Assembly: GCA_964016885.1 (NCBI GenBank)
Contig: CAXHJY010000115.1
Span: 22,947 to 86,946 of the forward strand
From: Eledone cirrhosa
Taxonomy: Eukaryota
Length of the DNA stretch: 64,000 nt
Direction: 5' to 3'
The translations under genes and the position numbers were made by a program. Within the stretch, counting starts at the first letter, position 1, and every line of letters starts with the position of its first letter. A model generated the notes under the pieces. It saw only the letters and a program-made list of their open reading frames with translations, made no database searches and was not told the DNA's origin. Shown here in pieces: positions 26,434-38,854 of the stretch.

Positions 26434-27433
26434 AATGGAGAATTATTAACAAAGTCATCCATAGTTGTTGCTTCAATTGTTGTATTTGTGTGTTTGTTGT
26501 ATTGTTGTTGTAATTAGGCACATGGCCCAGTGGGTTTATGAAAGCACGTGGTTAAAAGGCTGGACTCCTAATCAAAGTCATGTGTTTGATTCCTAGACTG
26601 GGCAGTGCAACATGTTTTTGAGCAAGATACTTTATTTCACATTGTTCCTTCTGTCAAGAGTTGCAGATAGTATCAGCAATGGAAAGATCAATGGGAACAT
26701 TGTTTCATTGGTTCGATTTGATGATCAGCTCCTCCTTCCCTTCTTTTCAGAGAAAGAAAATAAATGATAGTCTAGCAAAGGGGAAACTCGGGAAATTATA
26801 AGAGTGATGTTTGGGTTGTAGCATAGCTGGTGGTTAGGGAATATAAAAATTATAATAAAGTGATGTTTGGGTTGTAGCATAGTGGATATATAAATTATAA
26901 AGTCAGTGAAGTCATCTTGTTAAAATAATTGCTTCTCTTGAATTCTGAGAGCGGTAACATATCTCATCTTTATGCTGAGATATGTACACCTGCATAACAC
27001 TGGTATTCAGTTTCCAATCAATAAGAAGATAGAAGATTGAGTTAACCTTGAAAGAAGGAATGTGTAATCTGATTCTTGTAAAACTCACAACATTCTACAA
27101 ACTTGCTTTCTTATAAAATAAAATGGCTGCCAAATGATGTATGAATATTTATACTTATGTATGTATCTCTATACTTATGTATGTATTTCTCTCTGTATAT
27201 TGCTTTAGCTGTATCTTAATAGTTTTTACATGGTATTTTTGCTCTTTCTTCACCGACCGCTTTATATATTTCATCATCATCATATATATTACTCTATTAT
27301 TGTATTATGGGTTCCAGCTGATAGGCTGAGGCCATGCTGGGACACCACCATTGTATATATATATATATATATGTATACATATATATATGTGTGTGTGTGT
27401 GTGTATATATATATGTATATATATATGTGTGTG

Positions 27434-27464
<31 letters not shown>

Positions 27465-27718
27465 CATCTTCGTTTAACATCCATCTTCCATGCTAGCATG
27501 GGTTAGACGGGAGTTGTCCCACTTGAGGCAAGGTTGGTCGAGTGACCGTGTCTCGCTCATATAGGACTATCTGGCAGGTTTTCTACGGCTGGATGCCTTT
27601 CCTAACACCAACCACATTTACAGTGTGGAACTTTTTACCGATGTATGTATGTATATATATATATATATATGTGTGTGCGTGTATGTATCTATATATATGT
27701 GTGTGCATGTATGTATGT

Positions 27719-29367
27719 AATGAAAAATGGTAAGGCTGCCGGACCATCGGGAATAGTTGCTGAGATGCTGAAGGCATCAGGGGACGTAGGCACTAAACTG
27801 GTTGCACGCATCATCAATCAGGCTATATATGGTGGTGTCATACCCAAAGACTGGTGCAGCAGTATTCTCATAAATTGCTACAAAGGTAAAGGGGATGCTC
27901 TGGAGAGGAGCAATTATAGGGGTATAAAACTGATAGATCAGGTTATGAAAGTGGCAGAAAGGATTTTAGCACAACTAATTAGAGAAAGGGTCAAACTAGA
28001 TGAGATGCAGTTTGGTTTTGTTCCTGGGAAGAGTACAACAGATGCCCTCTTCTTGGTGAGACAATTGCAAGAGAGGTTCTTAGAGAAGAATAAGCTACTA
28101 TACTTAGCCTTTGTTGACCTAGAGAAGGCCTTTGATAGGGTACCCCGATCTGTCATCTGGTGGTCCCTAAGGAAGCTAGGTGTTGAGGAATGGCTTGTGA
28201 GGACAGTGCAAACTTTGTACAGAGGTACTCTCAGTAAATTCAGGGTAGGAATGGAGTTTAGTGAGGAATTCCAGATACAAGTAGGAGTACATCAGGGGTC
28301 GGTCCTCAGCCCGCTCTTGTTCATTATAGTCCTCCAAGCCATAACAGAGGAGTTTAAGACTGGCTATCCATGGGAACTTCTCTATGCTGACAATCTGGTT
28401 CTTATAGCAGAATCAGTAGAGGAGCTAGAGAATAAATTCTGGCTATGGAAACAGCAGTTGGAAGCAAGAGGACTGAGAGTGAATCTAGCTAAGACAAAAG
28501 TGTTGATGAGTAGAAAAGAGGACAAAACCCTGATTCCATCAGAGAAATGGCCATGTTCGATATGCAGAAAAGGAACTGGCATAAATTCTATAAAATGCAC
28601 ACAATGCAGATCCTGGGTACACAAGAGATGTAGCGGGATAGCAGGCAAACTAACAGGTAGGGAGAAATATGTATGCAGTAGATGTACAGGGAAATTAGAC
28701 AGTAGAAGTTGCATTGATAGACACATTTTTCAAATGCAGGAGGGCGCTATAGAAGTGGTGGATAGCTTCCGGTACCTAGGAGATCAGATTAGCATGGGAG
28801 GAGGGTGTTCTGAGGCCATAGTATCTAGAATAAGGACGGGTTGGAAGAAGTTTAGGGAGCTGCTTCCTCTGTTGACGAAGAAGGGTTTCTCCCTGCGTAC
28901 GAAAGGCCGGTTGTATGATGCCTGTGTGAGGAGCGCGATGCTGCATGGTAGTGAGACATGGTCAGCAACTGCAGAGGATATGCGACGGCTGGAGAGAAAT
29001 GAGGCAAGCATGCTCCGTTGGATGTGCGTGAACGACCCAGCATAAATGTGTTGATAGAGAAACTGTGTCTGAGAGGGATAGAATGTAGTGTACGGGAGAG
29101 GAGACTGAGGTGGTATGGACATGTGATGCGCATGGAGGATGACCGATGGGTGAAGAAGTGCCAGGAATTGCCAGTTGAAGGAAGACGTGGTAGAGGTAGA
29201 CCACGAAAAACATGGGCGGAGGTGGTGAGAACAGACCTCAGATCATTGAAGCTCACGGTGGAGATGACAAAGGACTGTGACGAGTGGAGAGATGCTTTGC
29301 TGAATAAGACCCGTCCCACCCTTGCAAGCAGGGAAAAGCTGGCGTATGATGATGATGATGATGATGA
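27719..29367 (+). mobile_element. 5'-truncated RTE LINE, near-identical to 22689-24345, with a long TSD
   Basis: Same ORF but YADN and a 13-nt deletion near 29025; (GAT)n tail; flank 27664-27716 is repeated at about 29390-29441. Confidence 0.95.
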
Positions 29368-29471
29368 TGTATATATATATATATATATACATATATGTGT
29401 GTGCGTGTATGTATCTATATATATGTGTGTGCATGTATGTATCTATGTATGTATATATGGATATATTTATA

Positions 29472-29502
<31 letters not shown>

Positions 29503-29797
29503 TTATATGCCTGTGTGTGTGTAAAACAAATTAAGATGACAAATAAAATTTCTTAAATCATTAAATTCTTTACAATTGTTTCAATACAAATCTCATTAAA
29601 ATACATTGCTAAGATAGACAAATGTAATAAATAATAATAATTGTTTCTGATTTAGTCACAAGGTCAGCAATTTTAGGGGAGGGGAAAGTCACTTAAATTG
29701 ACCCCAGTGTCTTACTGGTACTTTATTTTATCGACCCCGTAAGGATGAAAGGCAGAGCTAACTTCAGCAGGATTTGAACTCAGAACAGAAGAAGAAT

Positions 29798-29893
29798 TGG
29801 TATGAGCATGTGCCTTGTAAAGTCATGCAGGAGGATGGGAAAGCAACAATATTCTGGGATTATGATTTCCAGACTGCTAGAGTAATTGAGCAT
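29798..29893 (+). mobile_element. Fragment of an RLE-type (R4/NeSL-like) non-LTR retrotransposon
   Basis: Translates WYEHVPCKVMQEDGKATIFWDYDFQTARVIEH, resembling the region preceding the RPD endonuclease motif. Confidence 0.55.
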
Positions 29894-30544
29894 ATAGGGT
29901 AGCAGGGCGGGCAACTCTGTGGGGGTGGCCAGCACGTGGACACTTTGCTCATGATAGTGAGAGTTGGGGATAGACAGAGGCAGTGAGAGTTTGGTTCCTT
30001 TGTGTTCAGACCTGGTGTATATGTATATATATATTTATTTACTGCACCACACACACACATTCATACCACTTCTTTTCGAAGACCCACAATCAAACAACAA
30101 CAAAATCAACAGTTTAGAACTAGTTCAGTTGCTGATGGCTGCCCTGTCCTGCAGAATTTCCTGCTCTATAATTATTTCACTTAGCTGAATTATTCAAGTT
30201 AGACAAAACTTCAAATTAAACAATGCAGTTGTTTTGTTTGAACAAAAAAATGTCTAAGTTAATAATTGATTAATTAAATAACTACCCGTTAATGCTGGGG
30301 AAATGGAATGAATGACGAAGGAAAACAAATTATATATATGTATATATAGTTATGTATGTATATATGTATATATATATATGTATATGTATATATATGTATA
30401 TATGTATATGTATATGTATGTATGTATGTATATATATATATATAAATTTAAAACGTAAAAATAACCCCCACAAACTACATATACAAACATTGCAGCAAAG
30501 TCTGACCTATGCGGTGGTGGTGGGTGGGAGAGATGAGAGATTGT

Positions 30545-31675
30545 TTATATAACAGCAATGTTTTAGTTATATTAGTTAGTTTATAATAAAGGGAAATGAC
30601 ATGTTTGTTTTCAAGGACATGACGTGTTAACTCTCACAACAGAAGCTTAGTTACAGAGTTGCATATACAACCAAGCTTAAGAGTTTATTTCAGGTGTGAA
30701 AATACCACAATAACAAGAAGACAATCATTTCTTCAAGGAAACAAACAGATTGAAGTGAATGTAAGTAATTTTTGTTATTCCTTTTCAAGTAGGCACACAA
30801 AACTTGTAAAAAAGTAATGCATATATTATTTACTCTTTAATAACAGAGGGAAAGGCAATACCAAGGGGTCTTTTCGTAGCCCCTGAGCTGGTGGGAAGGA
30901 GAGGAAGGGGTCCTCAAACTGGTGACCTGATCCGAATGCTTGCAACAAAACGGACTCCACTAAAGTCACCAAAGGGCCAGATGTCAGCTGTACAAGTCCG
31001 AGGAAACGAATAACCAAGGAAAGAAAACTAACTTTCATCATGAACTGATGTGTTTATATGATTTTTAGATGGTCAAGAGAGCTTCTTCTTCTCAAACAAA
31101 AGATCTCAAGTGTCAGATTATGCCTCAATTTACGAATAACTTTGACAGTACTTTATGTATTTTATGGAACGGACTTTGTAGGGATGTTTTCAGTATGATG
31201 TAGACTTGCACTGTCTTATCACCCGCAACAATCTGAATCATATTAACCAATGGCTAGGCCCTTATGTTGTCAAGTATTTTGGGTTCCCTTTAACCACTGA
31301 AGTCCTAAGCCACAGGTAACGGTGCCTTAGCCTCGTCAACCTTATGTATAAAACAACCCTAGCGGAAATGCCATGAGAGTCTTGGCTTACCTCAATCTTT
31401 TTTAGGGGGAAACACCAGCATTCCCTGTTGTTAAGTGTAATTGAGTGTACATACTGTCTCTCATTTTCCTGACTGGTTAATTTATATCGAGTTGTTTATT
31501 TTGTAAATTATATTCATTATATAAATTGTGTTTATATGTTTATTATTAATATCATTATCATCATCAACAACACCATTATCATTTCGTTATATACCATTAA
31601 ATAACACATTTTTTTAAAATGACTTACCTTTAAAATCTCTATTAATATATTATTTTTTATAGACTCTCTAAAGAT
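30545..31675 (+). promoter_or_regulatory. Probable TATA box, non-coding 5' exon (donor at 30761) and intron (acceptor at 31662) of the VWA5A-like gene
   Basis: TATATAA near 30547; GAAT|GTAAGT; TTTTTTATAG| 13 nt upstream of the ATG. Confidence 0.5.
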
Positions 31676-33823
31676 ATGGCAAATGTATCTATATTTGGAA
31701 TCATCTGTGAAAAGAAAACAAATGTTTCTCTTCTTTACGCCAAACACACTGTTTCAATTGATGGATTTAGTGCACATGTTAACATCGAGGCTGAATATAT
31801 AAATGAAAGCCAACACAAGACAGAAGCTAAGTTTGTTTTCCCTGTCGAAGAAGACAGTGCTGTGTATAAATTTGAAGCTAAAATTGGTGATGTTCATTTG
31901 ATTGCCAAATCTAAAGACAAAGATGTTGCCCAGAAGGAGTACAAAGAAGCTGTAGAAAAAGGACAGTCAGCTATTTTGTTGCGTGAAACAAGCACATCTG
32001 GGGATATATTTGAATATAGTTTAGGTAATATCCCACCAAAACAAAAGATCAATCTAAAAATATGCCTCGTTTCTGAACTTTCATGCGAAGTTGATGGAGC
32101 AGTAAAGTTTTATACACCTTTTGTTCTTAATCCCAGGTTTGGTCTTTTACCTAAAGATGAAAATTACCAAAAAGCACCAAAGCCAAAGGAATTTAGTTTC
32201 AATGCCTCAATCAAGTGGAATTCACAAATTAAAGATGTCATATCAATACATCCTATTAAGGTTGAATATCAGGATAATAAGTCTCATGCTACTGTGAGAA
32301 TGACAAAGGAGTTTAATTTTGAGAAAGACATCCTTCTCCATATTTACTATGAAGATGTGAAGAAACCACAAGTGATTCTGGAGAAAGGTGATAGAAATGC
32401 TAAAGGAATGTTTTCTAAAGATATTATGATGATAAATCTATTTCCAAATCTTCCCCAAGTGAACTCTTTACCAGCTAATGACTACATCTTTATTATTGAC
32501 CGGTCTGGAAGCATGAGTGGAGAGAAATTTGAAGCTGCTAAAGATACTTTGTTACTTTTCTTGAAAAGTCTACCCCTGGGGTGCTCCTTTAACATTATAA
32601 CTTTCAATAATTACTTCGAAGTTTTGTTCAAAGATGGAAGCCGAGAATATAATGAAGGTTCTCTGAATGAAGCATTGGAATTCCAGAATAATGTTTACGC
32701 AGCTGGTGGAACTGAAATGTTCAAAGCTATTAAATCCCTCTCTGATAAAAAAACAGCTGACAATATTTATCGCCAAGTATTCCTGATAACTGATGGGGAA
32801 GTCTACAACACACATGAAATAATTCAATTGGTCAAAAAGCAAGCATACAACACTCGGTACTTCACGGTCGGTATTGGATCTGGAGCTTCTACAGAATTAG
32901 TGAAAGGTATTGCTCGAGCCGGGAGAGGTCAAGCAGAGTTTGTGATGGCAAATGATGACCTTAAGGCAAAAGTTATACATTTATTGAAATTGTCAATGCA
33001 GCCATTTGTATCTTCAGTTTGTTTCTCTGCTGAAGTTAGTGACAGCAACAAAAAGTTACCCTTCATTTCAGTTCCAGAAAACATTCCTTGTATTTTCACC
33101 GAAGAAAGATTCATTATTTATCTAGTTTTTCCAGAAATTACGTCTGACTGTCAAAATGTTAAACTGAATCTTTCTGGTAAAATTGGTGAATCAGTATTTT
33201 CACTTGACTTTGAAACTAATTTGTTGAATCAGAGAGACAACGAAATGAAAATACACCGTCTTTGTGTGAGAAAGAAAATACAAGAACTGGAACTAAAAGA
33301 AGATTTAGGGAAAGACAATGGCGTAAAATCTGAGATTATTGATCTAGCTACAACTGCTAACTTGGTTTCAAGGTACACAAGTTTTATTGGGTCGGAGAAA
33401 TCATATTCAGTGAAACCCACGACTCGTGAGACTACATCCAAAAATTTTGATACTGGAAAATTTGGAGAGTTGCATAAATTTGACATAATAAAATTCAACT
33501 TCGAGAGTAAAGACAGACTGAAATCTTTGCTTGTCTTACAAACCTTTTCTGGATACTGGGACCTGAATGAGTTTTTAGCAACCATTTTGAAAGAATCCCT
33601 CGATCAACTTAAGCGGACAAAACCAGCAGTAAACGACAATATCTGGGCTACAGCACTTGCAATTGTTTTCTTCAGAGAAAAATTAACATCACAAAAACAT
33701 GAATGGGAGTTAATTGTTGATAAAGCTGTACGTTGGCTGAAGACTCAGAATACACAAACAATTGGATTTGATCAAATAATGACTGACGCTTCACACGTGT
33801 TGAAAACAAAAGTATACACATAA
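31676..33823 (+). CDS. VWA5A: von Willebrand factor A domain-containing protein 5A-like (VIT + vWA), single coding exon, 715 aa
   Basis: VIT: EAKFVFPVEEDSAVYKFEAKI..AQKEYKEAV..SLGNIPP. vWA MIDAS: FIIDRSGSM, GGTE, LITDG. C-terminus LQTFSGYW..IWATALA..WELIVDKAVRWL; AATAAA overlaps the stop. Confidence 0.9.
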   Translation: MANVSIFGIICEKKTNVSLLYAKHTVSIDGFSAHVNIEAEYINESQHKTEAKFVFPVEEDSAVYKFEAKIGDVHLIAKSKDKDVAQKEYKEAVEKGQSAILLRETSTSGDIFEYSLGNIPPKQKINLKICLVSELSCEVDGAVKFYTPFVLNPRFGLLPKDENYQKAPKPKEFSFNASIKWNSQIKDVISIHPIKVEYQDNKSHATVRMTKEFNFEKDILLHIYYEDVKKPQVILEKGDRNAKGMFSKDIMMINLFPNLPQVNSLPANDYIFIIDRSGSMSGEKFEAAKDTLLLFLKSLPLGCSFNIITFNNYFEVLFKDGSREYNEGSLNEALEFQNNVYAAGGTEMFKAIKSLSDKKTADNIYRQVFLITDGEVYNTHEIIQLVKKQAYNTRYFTVGIGSGASTELVKGIARAGRGQAEFVMANDDLKAKVIHLLKLSMQPFVSSVCFSAEVSDSNKKLPFISVPENIPCIFTEERFIIYLVFPEITSDCQNVKLNLSGKIGESVFSLDFETNLLNQRDNEMKIHRLCVRKKIQELELKEDLGKDNGVKSEIIDLATTANLVSRYTSFIGSEKSYSVKPTTRETTSKNFDTGKFGELHKFDIIKFNFESKDRLKSLLVLQTFSGYWDLNEFLATILKESLDQLKRTKPAVNDNIWATALAIVFFREKLTSQKHEWELIVDKAVRWLKTQNTQTIGFDQIMTDASHVLKTKVYT

Positions 33824-36723
33824 ATAAATTTTCATTGAATATATAATGTTCTTGCGATTTAAATCGTTCTTTTACACCCAGTGAATAATTTTCAATTAAC
33901 CATAATATCTAAAATCTTCTAAGCAGCTTATTTTAAAATATTTGAAACCTTGAACCAGAAAAAAACTAACAATAAGATCACAGTCACACAGAATGACCCA
34001 CAAGTCTCTTTGTTTCCTTTGTTAATATTTGTGTGTATATATATATATACATATATATAAAAGGGTGGTGGATTGGCAGTATCGGTAGAGCGTTGGACAA
34101 CAGTTAGCTTTGCCTTTCATCCTTACGGTGTAGATAAAACAAAGTACCAGTAATGCACTAGCGTCGATTTAGTCGACTTTCCCTCCCCCAAAATTGTTGG
34201 CCTTGTGCCTAAATCAGAAACCAATATTTTGTATATATATTTTTTATAACTTTTATGCATCGCTTTGACATGAATTTTTTTTTTTTTCATAATAAATTTC
34301 CAGGTAACATATTTTCAAATTCTGAAGTAAAAATTGCAAAATAAATCATTGACAAAAAAGTTATTACTCTATTTCTCGGCGTCAAAGACTCTACTTTTTT
34401 CCCCTAAAATAAGTATAAAAAATCTACCCTGCGTCCTGGAGGCTGAAGGTTGTTTATTATTTTTTTTCAAATTTTTGATTGTCAAAATTAGGGAAATTCG
34501 GTAAGTTTTATAATGGTAAAAGTATGTAAGGACTGACATGTGATAAAAGACTATAAGAAACACTGTTCACCGAGTGGGATTGGGTTTTTTGTTTCTGATA
34601 AGACTCCAAGGTGTGTGTGTTTGAGTGCACGCATGTGTGTATGCAAGCATGTGCGTGCATGTATATGTGTGAAAGTACTTACACTCATGCAATGGATATG
34701 CAATATGTTTCATTATTTATTTATTAACTGAAGCAGGTAACTATAGTTACATTGATACCTGTCGTCTTGATTACACCACACATCAGTAAGTAAGTTAATG
34801 CATCATCAACCTCTTTATCTGTTTAGTAAGAAATGTGTGTGTGTAGGTCTGCGTATCTACATGTGTGTGTGTTTCTGTCTATATATGTGTATGTTTGTGT
34901 AGGTAGGTCTGTGTACATGTAAATGTGTGTGTATATTTATATATAAGTGTGTGAGTATATATTTATATGTAGGTCTGCGTATCTATACGTGTGTGTGTGT
35001 GTGTGTGTCTTCATTTATTGAACACTTTCCCATGCAGCGTTAAGATGTAAGATATGCAAGAAGTTTGATTAACTATACAGCTAGCTGAATCAACAGTTAC
35101 AATACTTGTCGTGTCCTTAGCACAGGCGACAGAGCATTGGATAGAATGTCTTGCCATATTTGTTTCATTTCTCTGCACTCCGAGTTCAAATCCCACCAAG
35201 GTCAACATTCTAAATAAACTACACCAACATACACAGCATACCAAGGTCCCCAGACTCAGACACAGAGTTTGTCACCCTCTTTTTCACCCGTTGCTTAATA
35301 GTCCTTGCTCTTTCCCTCCTTTTCTTCACATTTACGGCATTTATAGTCCTTTCCTCTACTTTCCTATACAGCCAGATCTGAAAAATTTATAAGCAGGGGT
35401 GGGGGATTATTATCCAAGACCCGAGAGTACTCATTCTAAAACACCAATCCACCCTATTCTCTCCTCTTCCACCATGAGTCTTCCTCTATTTATTCTGTCT
35501 CTGCTATTGAGAATTTAGTTTTGTCTGATGTTTCTGTGAGTACACAGGTGAAACTCCAGTGTGACAAGGCTAACCACTTAGCCACAATAACGAATATATA
35601 TAAATAGTCCTATACGAGCGAGACATGGTCACCCGATCAATCTTGCCTCAAGTGGGATAATTTCTGTCTAACTCATGCTACCGTGGAAGATTCATGAGGA
35701 TGATGATATATATATATCATCATCATCGTTTAACTTCCATCTTCCACGCTAGCATGGGTTAGACGGTTTTGTTCCATTTGATGCGGGAATGGTTGGGAGA
35801 CCATGTCTCGCTCGCTCGCACAAAAGCGTCTCTGGTAGGTTTTTTTTACAGCTGGTTGCCCTTCCTAACACCAATCACATTTACAGTGTGGACTGGGAGC
35901 CTTTTCACCGTGTGGCCTACACGGCCACCTTACAGTGTGGACTGGTGTATATGTATATATATATAAATGTTTATCTTGTTTGCTTTTCCCACTTATAATT
36001 TTATAATGGTCTGATAAATTGATTATTTAATTAATTAGCAAAACTGCTAACTGAGGGACATAAAACGTTAAAAAAAAAACGTAAACCCTTTCCCCACCTA
36101 GATTGTGATTTTGATCCTTTCCTAAAGCCCCCTGCTTCCTTCATACAAAGTTTATCCGGAAAGCTCTGTCCTTACATCAGCCTCTCTGAAGGACAAGACA
36201 GATTTACTTGACAACACTCATCCAACACATTACTAACCACCACTGATGGAAATGGGATTAGGAAGTAGAACTTTAAGGTAAGGAGAAGCTATCAACCCCC
36301 ACCTCCATCTCTACCCCCTGTAAGAAGCTGGAAACATTGCCGGGGTTATTCCACGAATGGCACCAGAGGTGTGTATCCAATGTTGGATTAAAGTAACTAA
36401 GGGGCCCTGCTAAAAGCTTAATGAAAATTAAAAGGACATGACTGTAGGCCTACACATAGATCGCTGCCGAGATTCAAGCCACCCATGAAGAGCACTAAAA
36501 CATGGGTAACGCCCAAACAAATGTATTTAATAAAAATTATAACAATCTAAATTTTGACAAAAAAAAAACAAAAAAACGATCCTGTGTGTGTGTATCTATT
36601 TGTGTGTTTAATGTCCCTTGCGATTACTGTACGTGTGTGTGTGTGTGTCAACGTCGCTTGGGATTACTGGATCTGAACTAATCTGGGGCTACTCAATAAA
36701 AATAAAATAAAAAAACAAACACT

Positions 36724-37470
36724 AACAGCAATAAATATCTAAAACAACAACAACCATTACTACTACTACTACTACTACTACTGTTACTACTACTACTACT
36801 GCTGTTGCAACTACTACTACTACTGCTGCTGCTGCTACAACTACTAATACTATTTCATCAACCATCACCACAACCACCACTACGATCACCCCCACAACCA
36901 CCACCACCACCACCACCACTAGACTGCGTAGTCATCGAAACAAATCAATCACTTCGTTGTTGTGATCATGGCAGTGTGGTTATACACACAAATACCTTAA
37001 TTACTGCAGGTGGTGGTGGTCGTGAGAGTGTTGATAATGATGGTGATGGTGGTAAGGGTGCTGATAATGATGGTGGAGGTGGTGGTGTTGTTGGTGATGG
37101 TGGTGAGAGTGTTGATAATGATGGTGGTGATGGTGATTGTTGTAAGGGCGAGGGTGCTGATAATGATGATGGTGGTGGTGGTGGAGGTGATGGTAATAGT
37201 GATGGTGGTGGTAAGGGTGCTAATAATGATGATGGTGGTGGTGGTGGAGGTGATGGTAATAGTGATGGTGGTGGTAAGGGTGCTGATAAAGGTGATGGTG
37301 GTGATGGTGCTAATAATGATGATGGTGGTGGTAAGGGTGCTAATAATGATGATGGTGGTGGTGGTGGAGGTGATGGTAATAGTGATGGTGGTGGTAAGGG
37401 TGCTGATAAAGGTGATGGTGCTGCTGATGATGGTTGTGGTGATGGTGGTGGTGATGGTGATGGTAGTGTT
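36724..37470. repeat. Trinucleotide low-complexity blocks: (ACT/GCT/ACC)n, then (GGT/GAT)n with ~60-bp higher-order units
   Basis: Direct reading of the repeats; GGTAAGGGTGCTAATAATGATGATGGTGGT... recurs. Confidence 0.9.
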
Positions 37471-37564
37471 TGATGACAAAAGAAATATTCAACAGATAAG
37501 AAGTGTCCACTGGCTGTTAACTACAGACTTATACAATCTTCTACATTACTTCGGTGACACGTAT

Positions 37565-37595
<31 letters not shown>

Positions 37596-37979
37596 CATAC
37601 ATATTCCCATATATATATATATATATATATATACTTACTATATATATTATGTATGAAGCCTGATATGAAGGTAACTAACACTCTTTTGTGTGTCTGTATA
37701 TAATGACTTAATGTGTTCATGTTTGATATTTTTTATACACTTTAACCCTTTTTGGTACTAAACCCCCGAAACCACCCTGGTTTTATGATACAAAACTTCC
37801 AATTTTAAAATATTCAAATACATTTTAAAACCTTCAATCAAATTTTTATTTGAAAGTTAAATTTGTAAATTAATCGTTCATAAAAATGATCAAACTTGAA
37901 CACAGTGGTGTCTTTAATCTCACATATTTATTTTACTCTCATATTCATGTCACCTATAGATATATATTTCTTACCATGT

Positions 37980-38011
<32 letters not shown>

Positions 38012-38013
<2 letters not shown>

Positions 38014-38102
38014 TGGTCGTCAAGTATGAAATTTGTAGAAGTTTTTTTTTTTTTTTTTTTTACAAATTGCTACAAATTTCATACTTGACGATCCAATATA
38101 TA

Positions 38103-38148
<46 letters not shown>

Positions 38149-38220
38149 GTCGTCAAGTATGAAATTTGTATAATTTTTTTTTTCTACAAATTTCTACAAA
38201 TTTCATACTTGACGATCCAA
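38012..38220. mobile_element. Two adjacent ~80-bp mariner-like mini-MITEs (hairpins)
   Basis: TA-TTG(G)GTCGTCAAGTATGAAATTTGTA ... TACAAATTTCATACTTGACGATCCAA-T, twice. Confidence 0.7.
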
Positions 38221-38429
38221 TGTGTGTGTGTGTGTGTATGTGTGTGTGTGTGCACTCACTATCCATTTAATTATACCCTGAAGTTAGCACACACACATAC
38301 ACAATCTAAGCACACGTACACAGAAAGACTGTAAAATCACGTACACAACATTTTTTATCCTCGCCCGTTTGTTGGAGATCCCAGCGAAGTCGTATATATA
38401 TATTGGCAGTATCACTAACATAGCATGAC

Positions 38430-38632
38430 TCATAATAAAGGTGTATATGAAGTTATATTACTATATTTATGTACAATGAACACATATATATAAGTCTCGC
38501 TATGAGTATTCTAAACTATTATCATGTTGTCACAGTTATTGAAATAGCTGTGACATGATCACAACTTAAAACATTCATAGCTAGACTTATGAGTGTTTAT
38601 TGTACATAAACATGTTATATACCTTTATTATC
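38430..38632. repeat. Old degenerate palindrome centred near 38540
   Basis: ATAATAAAGGT..TTTATGTACAAT..TCACAGTTATT g AAATAGCTGTGA..ATTGTACATAAA..ACCTTTATTAT. Confidence 0.7.
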
Positions 38633-38642
38633 AAGGTAGAAA

Positions 38643-38837
38643 AGGGTGGTGGATTGGCAGTATCGATAGAGGGTTGGGCGCTATGCTTTGCAACACAGAG
38701 TTACGTCCCTTTACGGACTGAGTTCAAATCCCGCCGAGGTTAACTTTGCCTTTCATCCTTACGGGGTCGATAAAATAAAGTACCAGTAATGCACTGGGGT
38801 AATTGCTGGTCTTGTGCCAAAAGCAGAAACAATTATT
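38643..38837 (+). mobile_element. Full-length tRNA SINE (second family)
   Basis: A box TGGCAGTATCG, B box GAGTTCAAATCCC; AAGGTAGA on both flanks. Confidence 0.85.
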
Positions 38838-38854
38838 AAGGTAGATATGTATTT

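Noticed and set aside
36805-37663. Gly/Asp-rich, Thr/Ile-rich and Val/Met-rich ORFs resembling structural proteins
   Set aside because: Trinucleotide repeats open in several frames on both strands; no splice or domain support
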